Positions 52,687 to 64,000 of a stretch of DNA of 64,000 nucleotides are shown here, in pieces. This DNA comes from Amoebidium appalachense (taxonomy: Eukaryota; Protista; Ichthyosporea). Each line of letters opens with the position of its first letter. Position 1 is the first letter of the stretch. The stretch is taken from the NCBI GenBank assembly GCA_963693365.1, contig CAVNZM010000009.1, positions 4,475,146 to 4,539,145 on the forward strand, read 5' to 3'. The position numbers and the translations under genes were made by a program. The notes below the pieces were generated by a model. The model did no database searches. It saw only the letters and a program-made list of their open reading frames with translations, and was not told the DNA's origin.

Positions 52687-52870
52687 AGGGTTTTGAATAG
52701 AACTGGTGGGGGCGTTCACGGATTTGTAGATAGATCTATTCGGATTTGAGGTTGAAAAAGGATTAGTAGATAGTCTAAGATCTATTGGGGGGTTTTCGGA
52801 TTTGTATGTACTATTGGGGTTTTTTCGGATTTGTAGATAGAGCTATTTGGGGGCTTTCGGATTTGTGGCT
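52010..52870. repeat. Degenerate ~30-bp array (gatttgtagatagacctaat + G-run), including a ~59-bp exact duplication
   Basis: The tagatagac/tagatagat core recurs more than 12 times. Confidence 0.8.
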
Positions 52871-53700
52871 AGAAAAAAAAGGCTGTTGCAGCCTATAGGG
52901 CTGATGTGGAAGTTCAAAAAGTTACGGTTGCGGGTCTGCCATGACAAGTTGGGACCTCTTCTCTCCCTCCCCCCCCTCCCCTATTTTTATCCCACAGACC
53001 GCACCCTATTGGCTGATCCGTGGAGTGGGCCATCCTCCTATAATTGGACGAGATATCTGTAATATCTCAATGATGAAGGCAACTATCTAGTCCTGTTAGG
53101 GACAGTACAATTAAGGCAACATGCTGCGTAAGCAAGCCCCAAGCCATTGAATTTTAAAGTTAAAAAAAAAAAAAAAAAAAAAAAAAAGGCAGTAGCTTAC
53201 TACAGTCAGTCTTCTGCCGAAAGCAACATTTTCCCCAACACACGCATGACAAACGCAAAAGCGACATACACACTAGAATGGTCCAACTGTAACCAGGAAT
53301 TTCAAATCAGAAAGCCCGATCTATTACATGAATATCACGTATATTATCCCATCCGGGCATCAGCAGCCTCGGGATTTGTGTCACTAACCTATTTATTAAA
53401 AATCCGTAATAATATCACATAAACCGGAATGCTCCACTAACTTCACTGCGGAGTATCGAAGCACAAAGAGTAAAGTTTATAGGGGTTTTCTTTTAGGGAT
53501 CCGGGTCGTGGGGCCGAAAGAGATTTGCGTCTTATGATAGATGAGATGGGCATCAAACAGCATTTTGCCCTGGCCCTCTGACTATAGGGCCCGTAAATTC
53601 GCCTAAAAGAAACCGCCTTTAATGTGTTAGGTTTCAGTAAAGATTGGCCCCGCCAAGATATCCAGCCATTCATGTTTGAAAAGTTTATCATGACACCATA

Positions 53701-53811
53701 TCACACCTTCGCGGCGGAATCTCCTCCCACAAATTCCAGCGAGTTTTGCTCTCTCAGAGAAACGAGGTTGACCCACTCTTGGGTCTTGTCTACATCGTAC
53801 TGGATGCAGTA

Positions 53812-53848
<37 letters not shown>

Positions 53849-54435
53849 TTTTTTGGGGGGGGAGGCGAAGGGAAGGACGAGATGGCCCGACCCTAACGTT
53901 CTTGGGAGCAACTCATGCACCTATTCGCCGGCCTCCCTCCCTCCCCCCCCCCCCCTCCTTCCCCCCCCCCCCCCTCCTCCTCCTCCCCCCCAGCCCTTCC
54001 TCCTTCCCCCCACCAGTCGGCCTGACCCACCCCTCCACCTCCATCCGCCACTTTTCCCCCTCAATCCCCGGCTTTAGTCAACCTCCCCGACCCACCCACA
54101 CATAGGAAACATCCCGAACCCCCTCAAATTTGGAAGCACACCAACCCGACAATCAATCCTCCCCTTCGCTTTTTTACTCATAGCACAGTGGAAAATGAAC
54201 AGAACCACAACTCAACAGTAACAAGAAGCGCGAAACACAAAGAAAAATAATGTGGCATATGTCGACATCCTCAACATACTTGTGCTCACAACCACACCCA
54301 GCCTGTACGCACCCACAAAAACATAAACCACAAGTAGCCCCCCCCCAGCCCCCCCTCCCCCCCTCTCGGTCTCTCTCCCTGATTCCAAGCAGGTTCTCCC
54401 CACCTTTTCCATTCTCTTTAAAAATTGGGAGAGGA

Positions 54436-54478
<43 letters not shown>

Positions 54479-54786
54479 CCCCCCGCCCCCCTACATGGAC
54501 ACACGCACAGACACACAGAAAGCAATAGACCAGCTTAGGCACCTACACCTACAACACACTGAGCACAAAATACACACACACACACACACACACACACGCA
54601 CGCACGCACGCACACACACACACCCTCCATCCTCCCTGCTCACATCACGTATCATGTTTCTTATCCTCCGGCCAGAGCACACGCACAGCTCGGCCCCGGA
54701 AGTCATACGGATAAAGGCTGTGACATTCGAAAGTCAGTGGGTGGGCTACTAGTATGTGCGGGTGCGGGTGTGTGCGTGCGTGTGCT

Positions 54787-54817
<31 letters not shown>

Positions 54818-54895
54818 ACCCGCCCTCCTTTTCTTCTTCTTCTCCTTCTTCTCGTTCCTCTTTTTATTGTTGTAATTGTGGTGGTGGTGGTGGTG

Positions 54896-54942
<47 letters not shown>

Positions 54943-54987
54943 GGGGGGGGAGGTGTGTGTGTGTGTGTGTGCGTGTGGTGGAGAGGC

Positions 54988-55021
<34 letters not shown>

Positions 55022-55393
55022 CCACACCGCTATCTCCACGACCAACACCACACTGATTTCCCTGTCCCTTAACCCTTAACACCCCCACCTCCCCCTCCCC
55101 CCCCCCCCCCCCCCCCCCTCCTCCCGTCGTGTTTCTCTTAGGCTCCCCCCACCCTCCTCATCCCACACCTTCCCTTTCTTTCCCTCCATAACCCCACATG
55201 GACACACATATGTGCACATGCACACGCCTGCATACAGCCCCCTCCCCTCCCCTCCCCCTACTCCCTCCAAACACACCCCCGCAATGTGCGTCCGGGCATA
55301 AGACTCTACGGTTTTGGGGTAGGTTTGGGTGTAGACGAAACTTTCGGCAATCAAAGCAGGGTCCTCCTTCCGGTCGTACCCGTGGTGAAACTG
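53701..55393 (-). pseudogene. Tudor-like domain gene fragments, probably disrupted (exons ~55393-55277, 54717-54644, 54302-54280, 53812-53701)
   Basis: GRAVRVLWPEDKK and HKYCIQYDVDKTQEWVNL fit the Tudor-like pattern GxxVxVxWPxD..WY...YDD..EW; in-frame TGA at 54645-54647; exon phases are not fully reconcilable. Confidence 0.45.
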
Positions 55394-55408
55394 CTACGGA
55401 CGGCCGGG

Positions 55409-55445
<37 letters not shown>

Positions 55446-56269
55446 TGGGGGGATGGATATTTAATTTTAAAAAATTCCTAGCGACTTCTCCTTCCCCCTT
55501 CCTTATTAACAGAATGGTATCCAACCACGTGTGATTAGGATTCCTCATCATCGTGCCCGAGTATAACAGTGAAATTTGTATCTCAATCACCCTCTCGCAT
55601 GCAGAAGCAGTGTCACTGCCGTATTAAATAACAAAAATAAAACCCCGTTAATAAGAAATATTTAGTGCGTGCCAGAGACCGTCTGAGCTCGGCTTTTAAA
55701 AACAAATATCGCTGCACAAAATAGCAATCATCCTACAAGGGAGTCTATCTACTGTACCGGACACAGTGTACATCATAATCATCTTAAAGTTACATCACCC
55801 TTAAATTTAATCCTTGAGCTTCAGTGGGCGCCTGTACACGCCAGCAGATTAAAGAGGTCGTAGCTTCTATATTCATTGAGATTCACTTATATTTAGGTAC
55901 AGACTTAGATTCATTTAGAAGCACCTATTACGGGACCCCCTATGTCCTACACATTTAATTCATTTACAGCAGCACCTGATGCTATGTAGTGGTCATATTA
56001 TGGCAGTTCATGCCCTGATAATCATTCATCGAAACGTGTGTGTTGGTGTGCACAGCCACCATATTTTCTACTACTACTGATTTGTGTTTGAGCATGCACA
56101 TAGTAGTATTCAATAACCTCGCCGATAGAACTCACTGGGCAACCATTCGGTGGCCCATGATGCCGTTCCCTAGTTCTACCATCACATAGAATTGGTATGG
56201 AAACAAAACAAGAACTTCACCATCACCATACACACATAACACCACATGTCTTGATAGTAGATTGCCGTC

Positions 56270-57684
56270 TCACTTTCGATAATCAGAATTTACGAGCTTG
56301 ATCTTCACTTTCTCAATGTCCACTGTGTTGAGGTCCTGCAAACGGAAGAATTATACGCAAAAGAAATCATCATTCCCCCCCACCCTCCCCCCCAACTTTC
56401 CCCTTCCGAGGCTCCCCACCACCACCACCACCACCACCACTTTTTTAAAGCATCTATATTAGCACACACAAGCATCAACGGTGAAGCCTATCCACTTCTG
56501 TCCAAACCTGCACCGGCACATGTTCAAGAATGTATGTGTGACGGATATCTGTGTATCAAGGGCAGGATCGGAGCTTGAAGCAAGCGTGCTGGGAGCGGGA
56601 GCATGCAAGCAAGGAGGAGGAGGGGGGGGGGGGGAGGGGGGGGGGGGGGGCTGTTGACCCGGCGCGGGAAAAGAACACCTCTTTTGACATTAGAGACTGC
56701 AAATGCGTCCAAGGTGCATGTGCAAGCACGCACACCCCCCCCGCATGCTAGGCGCCCACCCACCCACACCCACCCACCCACACCCACCCACCCATCCACC
56801 CACCCACCCACCCACCCACCCACCCACCCACCCACCCACCCACACACACACACCCACACACACAACCATAAATGATTTATGTGTTGGGTACAGATACGGG
56901 CAAACCCCCGGCACAATCCTGGGACACACATGCATCCACCGCCACCCACACACATAAGCACACACGCGCGCACATGTGCACCCACACATCCCCTACATCC
57001 ACCGACACCTGATACAGTTATACCCACCACAACATCCAACCACACATCCATATGCACCACACAGCAATCTACCCCCCCCCCCCCCCTCCCCCTTTTTACA
57101 CCCACTCCACACAAGCACACACGGCCACACACCTCGATGTCCTCGGGCTCATAAACACGATTTCGAGCGATGGTCAGCTGTCTGAGGGAGGCCATACGGG
57201 CCACGCCGCCAAAGAACCATTTGCCCATAGAGAAGAGTCTCACACGAAGAGAGACGAGGGAGGGGAAACACCGGCACAGGGGCTGCAGCGATTTGCCGTC
57301 GTTGTAGAACCCCTCTATGGCCAGGTCATGTACGGTCGGGAGGATGGGCAGGGTATCGATGAACTCCGGGGTGGTGAAATCGGCCAGCACCACTTTGCGC
57401 AGGCAGGGGGCGTGGGCCAGAAAGGCCACGTTGCGCACAGATGTTTTGGCCAGGCAGCCGGAAATCTGCACGCACACAAGGTGCCGGCACCAGGCCACCT
57501 GCCCGGGTTGGGGGACAAGGGTCTGAAGGCCCGCAGCAGGTTTGTGCCCAAGCACAAGTACGGAAAGGTTTCGATTGGCTGGCAGGTCGGATACGTCCAG
57601 ACGAGGATTGTTCAGACACACATGTTGAAGCCTGGTAGTGCCGTTTTTTTTTTTTTTTTTTTTTTTTTTTGGTTGTTTGGGGAA

Positions 57685-57729
<45 letters not shown>

Positions 57730-57878
57730 GGGCTGGGTGGATGGGTGGGTGGGGGTGTGTGCATGATTAGAGGTTTCGATGTATGGAGGCAGAGACATCG
57801 AGAATACACACAAAAAGTCACAAAGTACGGTGGAAACAATGTGCGGGCAGAAGACACTTGAACATAGCCCTTCATCAG
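56270..57878 (-). CDS. Leucine-rich-repeat-like protein (F-box/RNI-like); main exon 57631-57133, upstream exon ~57878-57828, terminal exon 56335-56270; 5' end unresolved
   Basis: A 499-nt open exon with LxxLxL-type repeats (LQHVCL, LSVLVL, LRKVVL, FPSLVSLRV, LRQLTI) and GT-AG boundaries. Confidence 0.6.
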
Positions 57879-58776
57879 ACTGGGTGCGCGGGTGCGTGGG
57901 TATGTGTGTGTGTGGGTGTGGGTGTGGGTGTGTGGGTGGGTGGGGGGGGGGGGGGGGGGGGGGAGGGGGGGGGAAATATGATAGAACAGGTGGAGACAGT
58001 GACAATGGCTAGCCCACAACTACACAGCAGCAACTTAAAGACTTTGAAAGGTTCTTACTCATATTTTCTACTCACGGTATTGCAAAATTGAATAATGCAT
58101 ATGCTTGAAGTTCGTGATCCTACCAATTTGCAAGCTCCAATGATGGTGTTCACAACACCTTTAGCTTATCAACTCTGTTTCAAATGCCTGCGCACCCACG
58201 TAACACACATAATAAACTACCTTCCCGGCCCAATCGATTCGTCCAGGGCCTTTTTTCATTTTTTTATCCGGCTTTGGTTTGATTTGTCTCGTTCAACTTC
58301 TGGCTTACTGTATCCAACTTTTTGGTCCAAGCTAATGACCGTGTATACGTAGACGTTGACAGTGTAATATTTCCAAATATTATCATGATATGCACCTATC
58401 CACTGAGATCCATGTCGTGTTTCCGGATTGGCCGGAGGAAGCGACCAATAAAAGTGCAACGATTTCCACATGTATCATCTGGAAGACATTGCATATTGAC
58501 ATTGTGCGTGTGCAATGTGCACATGTGTGTGTCAGGCTTGGTCGTTTCCACGTGGCTGAGAAATGATGGCCTAGGCTTGTTGGTGCCGGTCTGTAGCTGT
58601 GTCCCATCGGGAGAAAAAAAAAACTTGGTCTCCCCCCCCCCCCCCCCCCCCCTCCCCCCTCCCCCCCTCCCCCTTCCTCCCCCTTTCCCCCGCACCCCTG
58701 CGGCCACCTCGGACACACACACACGGGCACACAAATACTTTCTTTCTTTCTTTCTTCTTCTTCTTCTTCTTTTTTT

Positions 58777-58815
<39 letters not shown>

Positions 58816-59317
58816 AGGGGAGCCAGTGAGGAGCAAAAAAGCCTGGGTGCCAGAAGACTTTGAGCGGTTACTGTCACAGTGGCGCAGCAAATACACCATC
58901 ATCAGGCTAGCACACATATGCATGCATGTACACACGTGCACGTCATTCTAGGGTCCTAAAGCGATTGGCCGGGTTGTTGAACTTTCCTGTTGATCAATGA
59001 TGGCAACTAGTCTGAGGCTTATTCAACCCCCTTAAGACTAATGGACCGGACCGGACCGACGGGTGTCAGCAAGATGGTCGAAAGTCCGGACTCCGTGTTC
59101 GTATGTAACGGTTACATAATTGAAGATGGGGATTCCGCATGCTACAACCATACTTGTCAATCTAATAGTATTTGAAATCAAGAGGTTCATTGTAAAGCAT
59201 TAATCTCAGGGGCCGGGCCTGGGAGCCTTCTTTGGGGAGGGGGGGGGGGGGGGGAGGGGGGGGAGGGTTGGGGGAGGGGGAAGGGGGAAAGTGGGGAAGG
59301 GGAGAGCGTCGGCCGGG

Positions 59318-59356
<39 letters not shown>

Positions 59357-59361
59357 AGAGG

Positions 59362-59472
59362 TGTGGCCCAGCCAGGTCTGGCCCGAAAGATACACAAGCA
59401 GCCCGGCCTGAAAAATGTTAACTGGCCGGGCCAACACCGTTCGGGCCAGAGAGACCCCCTTCGTGGGCCACA
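59362..59472. repeat. Nested inverted-repeat (fold-back) element
   Basis: Perfect arm pairs: 59362-70/59464-72 (9 bp), 59377-87/59440-50 (11 bp) and 59401-08/59424-31 (8 bp). Confidence 0.8.
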
Positions 59473-59653
59473 TCAGAGTGAATTAAGATTGCATCACATT
59501 GCAGTTGCATCGTGTGGCCATGGGTACGGGCCGTGGTATACAGGTGTCAGGTTCAAAAAGCTTTACGCAAACAGTTATCGAATATGGTTGAAAAGTTAAC
59601 GGGCGGCCCAAAATCTGCCACCGCATGTCTCTTTAAATTGGGGAGGGGGAGAG

Positions 59654-59693
<40 letters not shown>

Positions 59694-60352
59694 GGGAGGG
59701 AGGGAGTAGGGGAAGCGAAGTTCCTGTGTACATGCTGCAATTGGTTCAAACTATTTGATTTTTTAACCTTTTAATTCTTTGTTAAAAAGGTGTATCATCG
59801 TTTGGACGTGCCTCCGCCAGGTTCTTCTGGACAGTATACGAATCCAATGGATCCTGCCTCCATCTTTATTCACAATTGCGAATATGCATGCTCCCTTGAA
59901 ACAATTGCGAGAACATTTGATACACGCGTATCGCTGAATGTCGTTACGTGCATCCTAATCAAAGGGAGGGACCCTAAGCATGCATATGGCAAAATACTGT
60001 CAGGTGATCGCATGCACGGTCCTACTTTTTTTGGTTAAGTAAAAACGTTAAACTGCAACATTCCTACCGTATCCACAAAATAAAAACAAAAGCAAAAAGG
60101 CACTTAATGCTTGATTATAACTCGACGGTCACAGATTAAATCTAGAAACTAAACTGGTCGAGGCCAATGCTGAAGCATTCACGTGATTTTCCGCTGTATA
60201 TTCTATTGGGTATGATGGCTGTACATTCTACAGGCTAAGTACATGTACAGGCTATACAGATGAACTCGCGTCTATGCACTTAAAAAATTCAAACAGTGTG
60301 GGGGCACGAGGATCACTTTGCGCTCTCACAAAGTGCGCACGTGTGTGCATGC

Positions 60353-60391
<39 letters not shown>

Positions 60392-60563
60392 TGTTTGTGT
60401 GTGTGCGCGCGCACACCTGTGTGTGTGGGTGCACATCTGTCCAGTGACTACGTTTGTCACTGTATGCTGATGTGTCTATGGGCGCCCAGGTGCACGTGTG
60501 AAATGTGTCACCGTGTGCGGGCATGTGTGTGTGTGTGTGCGTGCGTGTGTGTACATGTGTGTG

Positions 60564-60614
<51 letters not shown>

Positions 60615-61093
60615 TATTCGCGCATGTTGGCGCGCACACGTTGGCATGTATATTTATGGGGGTGTGTGCATGCATGTGCAAAAGCTGTGTAAAATAAAGT
60701 CAATGCATGTGTTGGTACGAAGGCGCTTGGATGATGCGCCTGTGTTACGCGTGTGGACAGATGTGTATCAGTGGTACCATATCTGACCATTCGTGATTGC
60801 AGTTCGATTTTATTGAAGTATGCATCCTAGTTATAAATCTTTCCTTGGACCAAAAAAAAGAAAGAAAGTAGAGGAAAGTCGAAAAATATGACCGTGTTGT
60901 ATCCAGTTATCTCAAAACCAATTTTTTCCAGACTAAGCTAAACAGGCCGTGTTCAAAACAAACCGGATCACAATGCACACACCATCCCCAAGCTTTCATT
61001 CTTTTACTTTCTCCCCGCTCACTTTTCCATTCGAGGAACCACCCCCTCCCCTTTCCCACCCACCCACCCACCCACCCACCCACCCACCCACCC

Positions 61094-61125
<32 letters not shown>

Positions 61126-61670
61126 TGGACTCATCAGGGTTCCTCTGGTGCTAATAACTCGAAAGCATTGCCTCGTACAGCGTTGTCTCTTTTTTCATTC
61201 TCCTTTGTAGGTCAGAGACTGCAACGACCGAAACACGTTTCCACTGGCCAGACAAAAAAGACTTCCAGTACTTCGCCAACTAACCATCTTCTCACTTTTC
61301 TAAAACCCACCACAATTATCAGAATGGCTTTCAGCCGAAATTTTGCTTTAAACCCCCCCCCCCCCCCCAAAAAAAAAAAACCGAATTTACACTGACTTGA
61401 TTTTGGCATCCTCCAGGGAGTAATCACACACACCGCTGCCTGATTCCTTCATCACAAACGGGGATTCATTCAAAAAACAAAAACAAATACACCACATACC
61501 AAGTTATCAAAACACTTTACGGGCCGACCTGATGACAATATCACAGTGAAGGATACGACCAATCTTATAGACTTGAGAAGAAGAAACTAGGGATGGTAAT
61601 AAGGGTCATCCGACGACCCAGAAAGAGGGGGGGGGGGGGGGTTAGCAACAGTAACATCTCTAGAAAAAAA

Positions 61671-62010
61671 TTACTGTGGCGCAACCATTCTCTGTCCCTT
61701 AATCGCCACAGACTCCACCACTTTCCCCGCAATTTCACTGGGGTTTTTACCAACGCCGCCGCCACCTGAAGGACCCCTCCCTCCCTCAATTTCCGGCTCC
61801 GCCTCCCCCCACCTGACGAGTGCGTGTTTGAAAAATTCATACACGGACCAGGAAACTGCCGTTGAAGGCATTTGGTACAAAATTCGGGGGCCCATTCCCC
61901 GTAAAAACCCCCTCAGACCGTTTGTGCGGTAGACCATGGCCGCAGCATCGAGCATTCCGTTGGTGTAGCTGTGTGTGTGTGTGTGTGCGCGTGTGTGTGC
62001 GCACGCGAGT

Positions 62011-62076
<66 letters not shown>

Positions 62077-62246
62077 CGCGCGCGCACGCATGCACATGTG
62101 AATGTGAGTGAGCAAGTGAGTGAATGAGTGAGGAAGTGTGTGTGTGTATGTGTGTGCGCGCACGTGCGTGTCTATGTGTATATGCCTGCATGCATGAAGA
62201 AAACTGGGGTAGATGCCATGACAGGTGGTCCAGGGTTCCCGGGAGG

Positions 62247-62280
<34 letters not shown>

Positions 62281-63296
62281 CATTTGATCCTCAAGTCAGT
62301 GAAAAGTCAGTGAGAGGGGTAGAGTGGGGATGCAGCATGCAGTAAGGGGGCAAGGTGGGAACGAAACTCCCACGTGCTGGTCTATAACTGTGCGTGCGCC
62401 GGTGTAGTGCTTGCGTGTGTGCATGTGGGTGTGGTTGGTGTGTGCGTGTGCTTGTGGCATGTGCGTGTGCATGTGTGCGGATGCCTGTGCGGCCTAAACC
62501 ATAAATGTGTGTATGTGGTGGTTGTGGGTATGGGGCGGGAAGGGGGGGGGGGGGGGGGGGTCATGTGAATGAGCATCGCCTGTTCGCGCTTGTGTGTGAG
62601 TCTGTGGGGGGATAGGTGGGGGGGAGAGGGGGGAGGGGGGGAGAGGGGGGAGGGGGGTGGGGGGGGGGGGGGAGGGGTGGTCAAAGTATTTGTGTGCGCG
62701 TGCGTGTGTAGTGGTGGTGGTGGTGGTGTTTGGGGTGGGTGGGTGGGTGGGTGGGGGGGGGGGGGGGGGGGGGGACGAAATTCACACATGAACCCTACCT
62801 TTTTTGCCTGTCAACCATATGCAATTCCTGTGTGTTGAGCACAGTCTTCACCACATCAAGGGGGGTCGTAACCGCTGCTGCTAGAGCCCCCGCCCCTCCT
62901 CCAGCCATAACGTGTGTGAATGGGTCATATTCCCCGGTGGGGTTCAAATGCGCTCTGAAATTTTCATATGCGGAAAAGTGGATGGTTTGAAATGGTATGT
63001 TCATTGCTAGCTGGGTGGTGTATGAACGGTAAAATGCCCTTGAGCCCTCGTGTTTTAGAAGTTCACGTACGCAGTGACGCACGGTGGTGTATGGGCTGTT
63101 GTGCATCTGCAGGCGCTGCTTGACCACTGGGTACGTGTGTGTGTGTGTACGTGTGTGTGTGTGTGTGTATACACGTGTATGTGTGTGTGAGAGAGAAGAG
63201 AGAGAGTGTGTGTGTGCGTGTGTGTAGCGGGGACCGGGGGGGGGGGGGGAAAAGGGGGAGGGGTGAGGTATGCATGCATGCATGCATGCATGCATG

Positions 63297-63380
<84 letters not shown>

Positions 63381-63936
63381 TGTGTGTGTGAATGTGTGTG
63401 TGTGTGCGTGTGCGCGCATGTGTGTGTGTGTATGCATGGTGTGTGTGTGTAGTGGTGGTGGTGGTGCCGGGGAGAGGGGAGAAGGGCTAGAATGTGTTAC
63501 AAGGTACAACACAAGACAATGCACGACAGGTTCACAAAGGGAACACAGTGGACGATTCGAAAACGATGCACATACGACCACACACGTATGCAACCGGGGG
63601 AGGAGGGGGGAGGGGGGAGGGGGGAGGGTAGGGGTGAATATGTGCATAATACATTCATGTGCGGTTAATCCCTAGTAAAGACTGCAGCACGTGGGGCAGT
63701 GTGTGTGTGTGTGTGTGCGCCATCATTACTGTGCCTACACATAACCGTTGGAACTGCACACACTTCACAAACAACAAGAACCAACAAGTACACACAAAAA
63801 CGTAGAACATTTTGCAGCCGGTTTTCTCCCCCTGCCCGTTTCATTTACGTAAACAAATACTTGAAAACACGAAACCTACCGTCAAAGGGATTCATAAAGG
63901 CGTCGTGAATAACGGTAGCAGCCATCCCAGATGTGC
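61671..63936 (-). CDS. Mitoferrin-type mitochondrial carrier (SLC25A28/37, MRS3/4 family), 3' part; exons 63936-63880, 63126-62799, 61968-61671
   Basis: [47 protein letters not shown] and [14 protein letters not shown] are present; junctions are in phase; the gene continues past the window end. Confidence 0.95.
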
Positions 63937-64000
63937 CTGTGGGGTAAGGAAGAAAGGAAAAGAGGTGTCAATAACAAAACTAATCTGTGTCCGCGGAGTT

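Noticed and set aside
52010-52870. CRISPR-like repeat-spacer array
   Set aside because: The cores are degenerate, the linkers are related and low-complexity, and the context is eukaryotic with no cas genes.
55066-55080. Telomere-like (CCCTTAA)2
   Set aside because: Only two units, which is expected by chance.

Overview
Eukaryotic nuclear DNA with many introns, packed with poly-C/poly-G and (CA)n/(GT)n/(CT)n tracts, so most ORFs in the six-frame track are low-complexity artefacts. PCNA begins MFEAR and has a phase-1 intron after coding nt 319, which suggests a holozoan, possibly an ichthyosporean-like protist (inference only). Contents: (1) 1-21.5 kb, a decaying ~6.2-kb tandem array whose units carry conserved splice-flanked islands on both strands, one with mostly synonymous changes; (2) 22-31 kb, minisatellites and exon fragments of an unidentified minus-strand gene; (3) a complete 3-exon PCNA gene with a promoter rich in CCAAT, E2F and MCB-like sites; (4) a minus-strand multi-exon gene encoding a macrodomain of the type found in plant long aprataxin, with two 5' halves of one Gag-only retroelement on either side of one exon; (5) a probably disrupted Tudor-like gene; (6) an LRR-like gene; (7) a nested GGCCC fold-back element; (8) the 3' part of a mitoferrin gene. 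No tRNA, rRNA or CRISPR array was found. All alignments and family calls were made by eye and from memory, without database searches.
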